Shown: one piece after another, positions 18,632 through 28,719 of the stretch
Layout: each line of letters begins with the position of its first letter
Position numbering within the stretch: position 1 is the stretch's first letter
IMG/VR virus record: IMGVR_UViG_3300047678_000276
Coordinates: 12,323-76,322 of that record
Strand: one strand, 5' to 3'
DNA: 64,000 nucleotides
Origin: a virus
Program-made: the position numbers and the translations under genes
Notes under the pieces: generated by a model
Seen by the model: only the letters and a program-made list of their open reading frames with translations
Databases searched by the model: none
What the model was told of the DNA's origin: nothing

Positions 18632-18883
18632 TTAAAAACCCATAATTTTCTTTTTGAGTTCAATGATTGACTCCTTCTCATTTATAATGTCCATTATTAA
18701 AGAAAGAGCATCTGCCGAGTCCAACTTCCCTTTTGAACTGTATCTTTTTTTGACAAAGGCAATAACTTCTGCTCCAGAAACATTACCGTATAAAACTTTG
18801 TGAGCATCTTCTTTGGCCATCATTTGTGAACCAACCAAGATGTGAGTTATTTGGCCGTCTTGGCCTCTTTTTACTGTTTGCAT
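18632..18883 (-). CDS. Hypothetical protein
   Basis: Class-1 motif; stop inside the next motif. Confidence 0.65.
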   Translation of the reverse strand: MQTVKRGQDGQITHILVGSQMMAKEDAHKVLYGNVSGAEVIAFVKKRYSSKGKLDSADALSLIMDIINEKESIIELKKKIMGF

Positions 18884-18911
18884 ATTGTTATAGAAATTTT
18901 ATTTGTGAAAC

Positions 18912-19196
18912 TTAAAACAAATGGTATATGATATAATCATCTTTCTTGCCTTCGTCTTTTAAAGACTTAATTTCATCTTTAAGAGTTTCTATTTCAAAAT
19001 CATCCAAGCCTAATTCATCTGCACTTTCTAATGCTTCTTCTAAAACATGAAACTGAGTTTCAATCTGTCCTCCGCCATCACTTTCAGTTGTATCATCGTG
19101 TTTCATTATGAAATCACCTAATTTACTTTGACCTAACTTAAATAGCGTTTGTTCAGTATATTCAATTACCTTAACTCTGTGCGCTCTAATTCCCAT
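18912..19196 (-). CDS. Hypothetical protein
   Basis: Class-1 motif; stop inside the next motif. Confidence 0.65.
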   Translation of the reverse strand: MGIRAHRVKVIEYTEQTLFKLGQSKLGDFIMKHDDTTESDGGGQIETQFHVLEEALESADELGLDDFEIETLKDEIKSLKDEGKKDDYIIYHLF

Positions 19197-19247
19197 GATT
19201 ATTTGTTTTTTAGTTTATATATGAATAGAATGTTATTTGATTGAAAC

Positions 19248-19712
19248 TTAAAAGTATTTTATTTTTGTCCAAGCAATAGGAGTTATTTTATATCCTTTAC
19301 CATCGCTACCAACAACGAACAACCCCTCATTATCATAAACAGGATATTCTTCTCCTTTGATAAATTTGTCGTTTACTGAAAGTTTTGCTAATTGTCCTGT
19401 GAATTTATCTCCTTTAAACTTCATTGTGCCTATGGCAAATAAAGGACGCATTGGAAAGTTTTTTGGTACAGCAGGAAAAATAACTCTTAATTGTTTTTCT
19501 GTAAGATAATTTCTTTGTGGAATAACCATTGATATTTCACTATCAATACTTAGATTATGAGTTACTGCCCAAGTAAAGATTTTATGCACTTCATTTACAG
19601 GAGTTGTAAATCCATGAGGGAGTTTTTCTCCTTTGAATATCAATTTGGCCGCATCTGTTTGAGGCTTAATTATTGCTTGCTTGCCGTTTTTTGTTATAAT
19701 GATGTCTTTCAT
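19248..19712 (-). CDS. Hypothetical protein
   Basis: Class-1 motif; stop inside the next motif. Confidence 0.7.
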   Translation of the reverse strand: MKDIIITKNGKQAIIKPQTDAAKLIFKGEKLPHGFTTPVNEVHKIFTWAVTHNLSIDSEISMVIPQRNYLTEKQLRVIFPAVPKNFPMRPLFAIGTMKFKGDKFTGQLAKLSVNDKFIKGEEYPVYDNEGLFVVGSDGKGYKITPIAWTKIKYF

Positions 19713-19766
19713 GTTTGTTTGGTTTTGTATATGAATAGAATGATTTACAGGGAGAACTTAAAAACT

Positions 19767-19982
19767 TTACATTGCTTTATTCCATTGCCGATTAACAAGG
19801 TCATAAAAATCCAGGATCTCCTTATCAGTTATCCACCCATCAGCAAAATCATCATTTGTCAAATCAGAAACATGAACGTTCCTGAACTCAACATTCTTCC
19901 ACTTCATTGTTTGCTTTGTGGATTGTCCACCATCCTTCTGAATGATGTACATTATTCTTTCAATCATTAAATGCTTAAACAT
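19767..19982 (-). CDS. Hypothetical protein
   Basis: ORF in array. Confidence 0.55.
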   Translation of the reverse strand: MFKHLMIERIMYIIQKDGGQSTKQTMKWKNVEFRNVHVSDLTNDDFADGWITDKEILDFYDLVNRQWNKAM

Positions 19983-20152
19983 TGGCTTTTATTTTAACGA
20001 GTGTATAAGGTCTGTCCCAACATTCTCTAATCCATTTCTTTGCAGATGCAATACTTTTAAATTCGCCAGTTAAGATTTCTCTTCTAGAACCATGCAGTCT
20101 TATTTTGCATTTTTGTGCTTTCATATTGGTATAGAATTAAATTAGATGAAAC

Positions 20153-20368
20153 TTAAAAATTATTATCGACAAGCCAATTAATTACTTCGTTATCGAATTT
20201 TATATTCTCCTCTTCATCCTCAATATCAGGGATTTCTAATCCAACGATTGAGCCTAAGCGCTCCCCATCTTTAAATACTTCGACTCCACTCAAATCAGGG
20301 TCTACATCAGTGAATGATTGGCATTGATATTCATCGCCAAATTGGAATACAGATTTTTGATTTTTCAT
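20153..20368 (-). CDS. Hypothetical acidic protein
   Basis: ORF in array; stop inside motif. Confidence 0.6.
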   Translation of the reverse strand: MKNQKSVFQFGDEYQCQSFTDVDPDLSGVEVFKDGERLGSIVGLEIPDIEDEEENIKFDNEVINWLVDNNF

Positions 20369-20373
20369 ATCTT

Positions 20374-20592
20374 TTATTTTTTAATTTCACGTAATCCACA
20401 AGGGACTAATTTAATTTTTGGAAATTGTTTTTCAGGAGTCCAAGTTTTAGCTTCTCTTTCTTCTAGCCAATAAGTTGCTTCGTTAATATCTTTTACAAAA
20501 GTTGTAACAAAAGTGCCTCCAGTTTTCTTTTTATTTGTACTTATTTTTAGATAAGTATTATTTATTTTATAGACGTAAAATACTGTTTTCAT
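20374..20592 (-). CDS. Hypothetical protein
   Basis: ATG 6 nt after TCTAT. Confidence 0.6.
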   Translation of the reverse strand: MKTVFYVYKINNTYLKISTNKKKTGGTFVTTFVKDINEATYWLEEREAKTWTPEKQFPKIKLVPCGLREIKK

Positions 20593-20645
20593 ATTGGTAT
20601 AGAAATAAAAAAGAGGGGAACTTAAAAATCCCCTCTTTTAATTTG

Positions 20646-21155
20646 TTATAATTTAATTCCCAATTTCTCCAAGTTCGTATTTAAAAATACTTCTCCTTTT
20701 TTAAACTCCATTTTATATTTGTTAATGTACGTTTGTAATTGAGCCAAAGGAATTTGAGATAATGGAACTTTAAACTTTACTTGTTGATAGCGAAAGCCAT
20801 TTGGAACACCCCACATAATAGACTTCTCCATTTGCTTCTCCATTTTCTTTTCGCCTTTATTTTTTAACTCAGCTTCAACCAAATCATCAACGAAGTTTAT
20901 TAAATTCATTTTGATTTCAAATGGCTTACCACTAAGTCCATCCAATACAGTTGGAGGGAGAGATTTACAGAATTCTTCTGCCTTTTTTAGCATACCATTG
21001 TTATTTGATGCAGGATGATAATAGGTCTCCCCCCCATGCCCATCATTTTTTGCATGAGCAACTAGAACTCCATTAGCATAAACGTCTGAAACAAAAGCAT
21101 TTGTTTCTTCACTCATTCTTTCAAAGAATTGGAACTTTTTTAATTCAATTTTCAT
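20646..21155 (-). CDS. Conserved hypothetical protein (SEETNAF..NDGHGG)
   Basis: ORF with class-1 motif. Confidence 0.75.
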   Translation of the reverse strand: MKIELKKFQFFERMSEETNAFVSDVYANGVLVAHAKNDGHGGETYYHPASNNNGMLKKAEEFCKSLPPTVLDGLSGKPFEIKMNLINFVDDLVEAELKNKGEKKMEKQMEKSIMWGVPNGFRYQQVKFKVPLSQIPLAQLQTYINKYKMEFKKGEVFLNTNLEKLGIKL

Positions 21156-21240
21156 ATATTGTTTTTTTAAGGTTATACATGAATAGAAACAAAAAAGGAG
21201 AAACTTAAAATTTCCCCTCTTTTAATTTGTTAAATTTTTA

Positions 21241-21792
21241 TTATTCTGCTGCCCAACCAAAGAATACAAATGTACCTTCTTTTTCGCTTGTAGATTGTTT
21301 ATAGCTTACTTCTGCAACTTTTGAACCTCCGCCATCCAAAACTTTTTCCATGTGAATAGAGCAACGTGTTTGATTTTTTTCAGCATAAGCACGTGCAACC
21401 TTAACTGCATCGCCTTTTGTACGTTTTGAGTCAATGGTTCCGTTTCTGTCTGATACAACAAACTTCAATACCCACTTCTTTGTACCTTTACTTACAATAT
21501 GTTCAACTTGGCTCTTAACCTTATTTGTATTGCCTTTTGGTTGTTCAATACAGATCGCCAGGCAAGAACCCCATTTTTCTGCTCTGTCAATATTCTTATT
21601 GATAAAGGCATTTAATTCTTGTTTACTACGTTTAAATTCATCAGTAACGTCTCTGAAACCATGTGTGGTTGAAATTGTGCCATTGTAACCATCTTGATGT
21701 CCGTATTCCTCTCTTGCATCTTCGCAAGCTCTGTTATACGCATCATTCATTGTTTTACCTCTTCTTTTTGTTGTGAAACTACAAGCTCCCAT
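21241..21792 (-). CDS. Conserved phage protein (MGA..EYGH.GYNGTIST..FFGWA)
   Basis: ORF with class-1 motif. Confidence 0.75.
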   Translation of the reverse strand: MGACSFTTKRRGKTMNDAYNRACEDAREEYGHQDGYNGTISTTHGFRDVTDEFKRSKQELNAFINKNIDRAEKWGSCLAICIEQPKGNTNKVKSQVEHIVSKGTKKWVLKFVVSDRNGTIDSKRTKGDAVKVARAYAEKNQTRCSIHMEKVLDGGGSKVAEVSYKQSTSEKEGTFVFFGWAAE

Positions 21793-21853
21793 TTTGTTTT
21801 AGTTTTTATTGGTTTATATGAGTATAGAATGAATTGTTATTGAAACTTAAAAA

Positions 21854-22264
21854 CTATTTTCCACGTGGATATAAAAATGAAATATCTTTATTTTTTTCTT
21901 TGCACCATTGTATTAAAACTTTGCTTGCATTTAAATACTCTGCATGGCTTATTTTCTCAGGTTTAAGACTACCAAATACTTTAACACCCTCATTGTCCCA
22001 AAAAGCAGTATAAAGGCTCTTAGACGTTTTAAATGGCTTTGACAAGGTAGCATCATCAACATTAGCATTGTGAAACCCAATCCAAGTAAAATCTTTTAAT
22101 TGAAAGAATGTGTGGCAATGATTTCCACCCGATTGAAAAGATGAGGTAATGCCGTTTAATTGGTCAGTGTATTTGTTTAATGTTTTATACACTTTTTTCT
22201 TTTCATCTTCGTTGAAACCAATTAGGTTATTATCAACCAATGTTTTTATATATGCTTTTTCCAT
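21854..22264 (-). CDS. Hypothetical protein
   Basis: ATG 6 nt after TCTAT. Confidence 0.65.
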   Translation of the reverse strand: MEKAYIKTLVDNNLIGFNEDEKKKVYKTLNKYTDQLNGITSSFQSGGNHCHTFFQLKDFTWIGFHNANVDDATLSKPFKTSKSLYTAFWDNEGVKVFGSLKPEKISHAEYLNASKVLIQWCKEKNKDISFLYPRGK

Positions 22265-22300
22265 ATTAGTATAGAATTAAAATTAGGGAGAACTTAAAAA

Positions 22301-22651
22301 TTATAATGCTCTTACTGAACTCTCAGAAATAATTGTATTCATTTTTGGAGTTTTTACTGTATAGGCATATCCCTTGAATTTTGAGATGTGAGTACGAGCC
22401 TTTATGATTATTTCACCCAAGTCAGATTGAGGCATTTCAATGGTTAAAGTCTCTCCATCAAACGTATAAGGCAATCTAATGCTGTTTATGGTTGACTCTA
22501 ATGTTGTCAAGCCACCAACTTTAAATTCGCCATTACGATCCAGTTCATGGAATATCTTTTCTACTTCAGTGATCTCTCCTTCGTTTTCGCCGTAAAGATT
22601 TTTGCTCGTCATCCTTACTTTATCGCCGACTTTATATTTTGGTTGCTTCAT
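22301..22651 (-). CDS. Hypothetical protein (KYKVGDKV SH3-like start)
   Basis: ATG 6 nt after TCTAT. Confidence 0.65.
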   Translation of the reverse strand: MKQPKYKVGDKVRMTSKNLYGENEGEITEVEKIFHELDRNGEFKVGGLTTLESTINSIRLPYTFDGETLTIEMPQSDLGEIIIKARTHISKFKGYAYTVKTPKMNTIISESSVRAL

Positions 22652-22679
22652 ATTGGAATAGAATGAAATTTAATAGAAC

Positions 22680-22916
22680 TTAAAAATCAGTTAAACATAA
22701 ATGAGGATTTGCCTTAAGAACGTCTTTTAACTGTTCTTGTTTTTCTGCAATCTCCTGCTCTACAGTCATTGTAGCTTCCCATATATCAACTTTTTTGAGC
22801 ATATAGTATGTCAAGTCCCAAACCTTGCGAATTAGCTTCAAGGCTTCTTTTTCAGAATTGGCATGAATGTCATATGCATTCCAACTGCCAGGTAATTGAT
22901 ATTTATAGCGTATCAT
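22680..22916 (-). CDS. Hypothetical protein
   Basis: Coupled to 22918-23148. Confidence 0.55.
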   Translation of the reverse strand: MIRYKYQLPGSWNAYDIHANSEKEALKLIRKVWDLTYYMLKKVDIWEATMTVEQEIAEKQEQLKDVLKANPHLCLTDF

Positions 22917-22917
22917 A

Positions 22918-23148
22918 TTAAGCAATTTTACAACGTTTTCTCACCAATTCATTAAATACTTGTTGAGTTACTTTAAAGTTTCCTTTTGGATGCCTACGAC
23001 CATTCTTTGTTAATTGGTAATAGCCCTTGCCGAATATACCTGTCCACTTCCATTCCCAGAAATGTTGTATGTCCCCTTTTTCTCCGACGTATTCATAAAC
23101 AACTTTTGGATGTTCTTTTAAAAAGTCTATGTATTTTGGTGTTTCCAT
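22918..23148 (-). CDS. Hypothetical protein
   Basis: ATG 6 nt after TCTAT. Confidence 0.6.
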   Translation of the reverse strand: METPKYIDFLKEHPKVVYEYVGEKGDIQHFWEWKWTGIFGKGYYQLTKNGRRHPKGNFKVTQQVFNELVRKRCKIA

Positions 23149-23183
23149 ATTAAGATAGAATGAAATTATTTGAAACTTAAAAA

Positions 23184-23393
23184 TTAAAGTTCATCTATTG
23201 TATCTAAATACAAAATAGAGTCATTTAGAGTGATGTACTCTCGTTCTTCCATCTCAGCGTCATACCAAACTTTAAACCATCCCAATTCGCCTTTAATATC
23301 GTCATGGAGGCATATAACATCTCCTTTGTGTTCAAAGAATAGATTTTCTTCTGAAGAAATATCAGCGTGTTCAATTGTTTTTATTTTTCCCAT
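23184..23393 (-). CDS. Hypothetical acidic protein
   Basis: ATG 6 nt after TCTAT. Confidence 0.6.
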   Translation of the reverse strand: MGKIKTIEHADISSEENLFFEHKGDVICLHDDIKGELGWFKVWYDAEMEEREYITLNDSILYLDTIDEL

Positions 23394-23429
23394 GATAACA
23401 TAGAAACAAATAAAAAGGAAACTTAAAAA

Positions 23430-23693
23430 CTAAAGTTCATCAATATCAACCAACTCTCCATCAACCTCAATGAATTGGAATTCACTTTCATCCTCCCATG
23501 CAGTCCAATAAGAGTCTGTCTCTCCATCTGCATACATTTCCTTCCATTCTTTTTTGGTGTAATGTTTATGGAGACATTTATCAGAACAATAATACTCCTC
23601 TCCTCCGTTTACAACAAAGCCTTCATTCATGCCTTGTTCACATTCATCGCATTTGCGTGCGTATTTCAGATTGGTTAAATTTTTCTTGCTCAT
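23430..23693 (-). CDS. Zinc-finger-like protein (CDEC..YYCSDKC)
   Basis: Start MSKKNL 6 nt after TCTAT; four Cys. Confidence 0.65.
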   Translation of the reverse strand: MSKKNLTNLKYARKCDECEQGMNEGFVVNGGEEYYCSDKCLHKHYTKKEWKEMYADGETDSYWTAWEDESEFQFIEVDGELVDIDEL

Positions 23694-23875
23694 GTATGAA
23701 TAGAACCAAAACAAGGGAGAACTTAAAAAGAAAAAGTTTTTAAGTTTGGGCCAGAAACTTTCTATTTGTTGGCGCTTAGGATCCAGATCTGAAAAAGGGA
23801 GAGAAAACAAAAAACCCCTCCTTGTGAGAGGGGCTTTTCGAACCAAACCAAAACTAAGAGAACCACCACTTAGTG

Positions 23876-24166
23876 CTATTTATAAAAGAAACATTTTCTT
23901 TCAGGAATTTCTTTGCCTTTCCAGGCGCATTTATACATTTCTAATAACTCATCCAAAGACGAACTTTTAAGACGATGACTGCGAAACTTACCTTTCTTAT
24001 CAGTGTAGTTTACACAATAAGTAACTCCGCCGACAAACTCAATAACACGTGTATCTCTATTGAACTTGCGTTCTAATCTTTCAAATTCTTTTTCAGAGAA
24101 CACAACATCAGCTGCTTGTATTTTAACAGTCTTTGAACCGTCTTTTGTATTTACTGTAGCTTTCAT
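23876..24166 (-). CDS. Hypothetical protein
   Basis: Coupled to 24170-24538. Confidence 0.6.
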   Translation of the reverse strand: MKATVNTKDGSKTVKIQAADVVFSEKEFERLERKFNRDTRVIEFVGGVTYCVNYTDKKGKFRSHRLKSSSLDELLEMYKCAWKGKEIPERKCFFYK

Positions 24167-24169
24167 ATC

Positions 24170-24538
24170 TTAAATACTCTTTGAGTTAATTTTAATCAAT
24201 TCATCTGCCTTGCCCATTTTAACGAAGTCGCAAATAATATCAACTCCTTCGTTTGTTTTTGGATTAATCCAAAAGAACATTTCAAGACTTTCAATTTGTT
24301 CCACTTGCCAACTTGTGCCATGCGTACACCATTTCTTTGTGTGAGTTACGAATGTGTCCCCAAGTTCAATAATTTCTTCTTTATATTCAACCTCAATCTC
24401 ATCCAAACACACATTGAATTGGATTGCCATTGTGCATTTTAAATCCTCGATTTCACATAGACTTTGTTCGTCTGCATTTACTGAGGTAATAATTTCATTG
24501 TTTATTCTAAAAATGGTTCTTCTGATTTTGTGTAACAT
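24170..24538 (-). CDS. Hypothetical protein
   Basis: Class-1 motif. Confidence 0.65.
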   Translation of the reverse strand: MLHKIRRTIFRINNEIITSVNADEQSLCEIEDLKCTMAIQFNVCLDEIEVEYKEEIIELGDTFVTHTKKWCTHGTSWQVEQIESLEMFFWINPKTNEGVDIICDFVKMGKADELIKINSKSI

Positions 24539-24599
24539 TTGTTTTTGGTTTATTTGGTTATATGAGTATAGAATGATTTGTTATAAGAACTTAAAAATA

Positions 24600-24800
24600 T
24601 TAAGGAAAAGTTCGCCAAGCCTTTTCTATATTCACAACCCAATCCTCAACTTTTTTTGGATCGACACCTGCGCCCAATTTCCTTAAGGCTTCTTTAAAAA
24701 GAACTTGTTTAAAACTTCCTGGCATACTAAAATTTACCTCATCAGCATACATGATGACAAGTCCGTTTCTGTGTTCTTCTTTTGTAATTGTTTTTCCCAT
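24600..24800 (-). CDS. Hypothetical protein
   Basis: ATG 6 nt after TCTAT. Confidence 0.6.
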   Translation of the reverse strand: MGKTITKEEHRNGLVIMYADEVNFSMPGSFKQVLFKEALRKLGAGVDPKKVEDWVVNIEKAWRTFP

Positions 24801-24829
24801 GTTTATATAGAATGATTTGTTGTAATAAC

Positions 24830-25042
24830 TTAAAAACGTTTTAAGTGAAATTCAGTCCCTCTATCATCAATAACTCGATAGATTATGTTTTCCACAATTA
24901 AATCCCATGTCCCCGTAGGGTCATTTTCTTCTTCTCCAGGATATTCATCTATAATGAATTGGATTTCTTCATCAGTTACTTCTTGTTTGATTGACTGTGC
25001 AACGTTCTTAACGTCCTCAGGAGTTATTTTTGGTGTTTCCAT
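24830..25042 (-). CDS. Hypothetical acidic protein
   Basis: Start METPKI 6 nt after TCTAT. Confidence 0.6.
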   Translation of the reverse strand: METPKITPEDVKNVAQSIKQEVTDEEIQFIIDEYPGEEENDPTGTWDLIVENIIYRVIDDRGTEFHLKRF

Positions 25043-25438
25043 GATAAGATAGAATATGAACTGGACCAAACTTAAAAAGAAAAACCCCTCATGGACTTTT
25101 ATCGTCTACCAAAGGGGTTTTTATTATCTAGTTATCTTTATGTGATTAATAAGTAAAGAACTTATTTAGGGATTGTCTCTTGCTCTGTTCATATCCGAGT
25201 TATTAGCGGGTAATTTAATTTTTTTAATTGTTGTCACCTTTAGGAAGTATGTTTAGTGCCGTCTCTAATTCTGTTCATATAATATCTTTTTAGGCGTTTT
25301 TAATTAATTTACTTGTCAGTGGACAGTTTGTCTTGGGTGATGGCCACACCCTTAAATGTTACTTCTTCATGATTTCCAGGTTTTCGTTTGTTTGTTGCAT
25401 TAAGATAGAACGTTATTTGGCCAAACTTAAAAACTTTT

Positions 25439-25855
25439 TTAATCTCTTTGACACATTTCTTTTGTCAGCAACTTTAACTTGCCTCCGTGGTCGCTTACAT
25501 ACCATTTCTTTTCATCTTCTTTGTATATGTAATCAAATTCCTCGCCCATATTAGAAGGAAGTTTATTTTTAAAAGACTTTGCCTCAATGCCAGTTTCTCC
25601 CCTGTCTCTACCATAAGCATTTACAACACCTTTAATAGGATTGTCGAATGTATGTCCATCTCCTTTTTTTGGAGCCACGTTTGGAGCTAAAGAACTAATA
25701 TCGCCCACTGCAATAAGTTTCTTTATTTTTGCTGCAGTCTTATAATGTTCCAATAAGATTGTGCCGTTATTTGAAGGATAGCCATCCCAGTGGCAATAAA
25801 TTCTTTTGCCATTTCCTTCTTTGTCAATTATTGATATTGTACTTCTTGTTGCCAT
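25439..25855 (-). CDS. Conserved phage protein (MATRS..IYCHWDGYP)
   Basis: Motif shared with 14530-15081. Confidence 0.75.
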   Translation of the reverse strand: MATRSTISIIDKEGNGKRIYCHWDGYPSNNGTILLEHYKTAAKIKKLIAVGDISSLAPNVAPKKGDGHTFDNPIKGVVNAYGRDRGETGIEAKSFKNKLPSNMGEEFDYIYKEDEKKWYVSDHGGKLKLLTKEMCQRD

Positions 25856-25906
25856 GTTTTGTTTATTTAAATGAATAGAAAGGTTTATAGATAGAACTTA
25901 AAAAGA

Positions 25907-26164
25907 TTATCGTCTTTTGTGAATATAATCCGAACTCTTATCATCCAAATAGCGATTAACTTCTTGGTGCAAAATTTCAGTATCATTGATTTCTTCAATT
26001 TTATAATACAACGCATGGTCATATTTGAATAGCTCGTCAATACCTATGCTATGGTCGCCTCCTTTAAATACAGAGCCACTCATAAATTCCTCATCAGGAG
26101 TTTGTTTCCTTGACTCAAAGAATTTGTCAAGCAGTTTCTTTTGTTTTGAAGTTAATTGTCTCAT
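25907..26164 (-). CDS. Hypothetical protein
   Basis: Class-1 motif. Confidence 0.6.
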   Translation of the reverse strand: MRQLTSKQKKLLDKFFESRKQTPDEEFMSGSVFKGGDHSIGIDELFKYDHALYYKIEEINDTEILHQEVNRYLDDKSSDYIHKRR

Positions 26165-26202
26165 GTTGGTATAGATTGGTTTTTGATTGAAACTTAAAAA
26201 GA

Positions 26203-26487
26203 TTATGCAGCTTTTAACATTCCTCTAATGTCTCCACAAGGAAGTTCTTTAAAGGTTGGAGTTACTGCGTAATAACGATATACAAACATTTTCTTCTTAC
26301 TAGGTATCATTACTCTAATGCGAGTGATTAATTTCTTTTCCATAGCAACCGAAAGAAGTGCATTATGACTTTTCTTTCTTTGTTGGTGCCAACATTCTCT
26401 AGCAATTTCGTATTCAGACTTGTGAGGATTTGCGATAATGAATTTAACCAAATCCTTTACACTATTTCTTTGTGGTTTGTTTCTCAT
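26203..26487 (-). CDS. Basic, winged-helix-like hypothetical protein
   Basis: Class-1 motif; basic composition. Confidence 0.55.
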   Translation of the reverse strand: MRNKPQRNSVKDLVKFIIANPHKSEYEIARECWHQQRKKSHNALLSVAMEKKLITRIRVMIPSKKKMFVYRYYAVTPTFKELPCGDIRGMLKAA

Positions 26488-26555
26488 ATTGGAATAGAAT
26501 AAGATCCAGGATAAACTTAAAAAGAAAAAAGGGGAATTTTATTTCCCCTCTTTAT

Positions 26556-27233
26556 TTAACTTTCAGCTACAAGCAACTTTTTATATTCTTTTTCAGTCAG
26601 GTGTCGTGGAGTTTCCAACATTTTTTCTTTCATATCTTTTGGCTTAACAAGTACACAGTCCCCTTGTCTTAAAATTTTCTCAATGTTCCCCTCTGCAACT
26701 GTTGTTTGAATTGTCCAAGCAATACATTGAATTGCGTTGATTGTTTTAATGTCAACGTGCCATCTTGAACCTCCATTTGTTTCAGAAACTCTTTTTATGT
26801 CAACCCAAATAAGGTATTCTCTTTTTGTTGAGGTATCTTTACATTTTACGAAGTGGCAATTTTCCATTTTTTGGTGGCTTTGTAAGCCTTGACTGAAATA
26901 TGCACCCTCAACTTCAAAAAGTTCATAAGTATCATTAAATTTACTTACAACAACCTTGCCTTCCTTATCAATATAAGTTGTTGTCTTTTTGATTGTTTGT
27001 TTATCAATCAACTTTGGCTTAACTTCTTTTATTAATCTTTCAATTCCCAAACAAAGAATACCAACTCGTCTTTGTTCCAAATTTTCCATCTTTGCGATTT
27101 CTTTGAAAGTTAATGGCTTAATGTTGTTCCACTCACCTTTCAATTCTTTAAAAGGACAAACTTCATTTTTTAATTTTAGAAGTCTGCAACCTAAGTCATA
27201 AGGAAATTCTGTATTTTCAATTACTATTTTCAT
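26556..27233 (-). CDS. DUF6745-like protein
   Basis: FVKCKDTST.REY..AI.CIAWT and N.EQRRV motifs. Confidence 0.6.
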   Translation of the reverse strand: MKIVIENTEFPYDLGCRLLKLKNEVCPFKELKGEWNNIKPLTFKEIAKMENLEQRRVGILCLGIERLIKEVKPKLIDKQTIKKTTTYIDKEGKVVVSKFNDTYELFEVEGAYFSQGLQSHQKMENCHFVKCKDTSTKREYLIWVDIKRVSETNGGSRWHVDIKTINAIQCIAWTIQTTVAEGNIEKILRQGDCVLVKPKDMKEKMLETPRHLTEKEYKKLLVAES

Positions 27234-27301
27234 TTGTTTTGGTTTATAAGTTTATAGAAATAAAAGAGAGAGAAACTTAAAACTTCTCTCCCTTAAAATG
27301 T

Positions 27302-27940
27302 TTAATCACTATCTTTAAATTCTGTATAGCTATTTCTTATTGATATTTTCAAAGAATTTCCTTTGATTGTTAAAACATCTCCTTCTTCGTTTGTTGTGTA
27401 TGTAAACCATTCTTCCATCTCCCCATCTTCATTCTCCAACTCAGGAGTGAACTCAGAAGTTTCTTTTTCTATTTTTGCTTTGATTTCTTCTAACAGAGTT
27501 TCTTGTTCATCTGTCATAATAAAATCTCTGCTAAAATTCACAACAACATCACTACCCTCACCTCCATTGATATTCAACACATTCTCCTTAATGAATTTAA
27601 CCATTTTAGGGGAGAGTTCAACTTCCATTTCGCTTGTTTGAGTTTCGCTATATTCACTTTGAGCAGTTTTAGAATACTCAAAATTTTCTTCTTCCTCGTC
27701 TAAGGTTATTTCAACCGTTCCACTTTCTCCTTGATAGTGTCCATCAGAGTTTACATAAAATTCAACGTGGTCATAGACTGCATTATCAAAGTAGGTTGTC
27801 AATTCCTCACTTTCAACTTCTTCTCCATCTTTGTCAAAGAAAGTAAAAGAGGTATTCCCCATACTATCTCCGCCACAGTCAAATTCCAATGTAGATGAAA
27901 CTATGCCGAGTTTTTTCCAAATTTTTATTGCGTTTTCCAT
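27302..27940 (-). CDS. Acidic DUF6878-like protein
   Basis: F.CGGDS..G.G.V motif; coupled to 27942-28343. Confidence 0.6.
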   Translation of the reverse strand: MENAIKIWKKLGIVSSTLEFDCGGDSMGNTSFTFFDKDGEEVESEELTTYFDNAVYDHVEFYVNSDGHYQGESGTVEITLDEEEENFEYSKTAQSEYSETQTSEMEVELSPKMVKFIKENVLNINGGEGSDVVVNFSRDFIMTDEQETLLEEIKAKIEKETSEFTPELENEDGEMEEWFTYTTNEEGDVLTIKGNSLKISIRNSYTEFKDSD

Positions 27941-27941
27941 T

Positions 27942-28343
27942 TTATTTTTTAGTGTTAAGTTTTTCAATAAGTTCTTCTGCTACTTTTGTTGCCTCAGGAT
28001 TTTCAACATCCTTTACCCCATTACACATCCAAGCCTGAACTTGCATATGTTTTAAATAATCTTGTGGTGTTGGCACAAACTTCATTCTAAAGTCCTCTGC
28101 AACGTGCAACATAGCAATATCAACCGTATCCACTGACCTGCCATCAGAGTTTGTAATGTTATATCCAAATATCTTTGGAATAATTGAATAACAGAACCAA
28201 GTGTTGTGAGTAAGTGTACGAGAAGTGTTGTTGTTCATAGATGCCTTTGGGCTATCTATTAATTCGTGGATTGCTAAATAATCTTCAACTTTGCCACCCC
28301 AGCGTTTTACGCTTGATTTTGAATGTATTAGTGGATTTGCCAT
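27942..28343 (-). CDS. DUF6915-like protein
   Basis: P..H..SS..RWGG..EDY..IH...D..K..H...HV.ED...PT..DYL. Confidence 0.7.
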   Translation of the reverse strand: MANPLIHSKSSVKRWGGKVEDYLAIHELIDSPKASMNNNTSRTLTHNTWFCYSIIPKIFGYNITNSDGRSVDTVDIAMLHVAEDFRMKFVPTPQDYLKHMQVQAWMCNGVKDVENPEATKVAEELIEKLNTKK

Positions 28344-28416
28344 TTGGTTTTAGTTTGTTGGTTTATATGAGTATAGAACAAAAAAAAGAGGAACTTAAAA
28401 AATTCCCCTTAAAATT

Positions 28417-28677
28417 TTAATCCCAAACTTGAGATATAGTTTGCTTAAATGGATTGTATTCCACTTGTCTACCCATAACCCATTCGCCCTTATCCACTTT
28501 TAAAGCGTTGTGTTCGCCAAATGAACCATCAGGTTGTTCGTGTTTTAAAACAGTTTCTTTTAGCACTATAACTTCTGCAAAGTCAGGTTGCTTATCTTCC
28601 ATCTTAAATTCTCCATACAAAGTATGTTGGTTTGCACCACTTCCTTTAAGAATGATTTTATTATTGCTTTTTTTCAT
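28417..28677 (-). CDS. Small His-containing beta protein (H..LKHE..EH..RQVEY.P)
   Basis: Motif type that I recall as a neighbour of DUF6745-like genes. Confidence 0.6.
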   Translation of the reverse strand: MKKSNNKIILKGSGANQHTLYGEFKMEDKQPDFAEVIVLKETVLKHEQPDGSFGEHNALKVDKGEWVMGRQVEYNPFKQTISQVWD

Positions 28678-28719
28678 ATGTTTATTTTTATAGAAATTTA
28701 TTTAAGGAGAACTTAAAAA

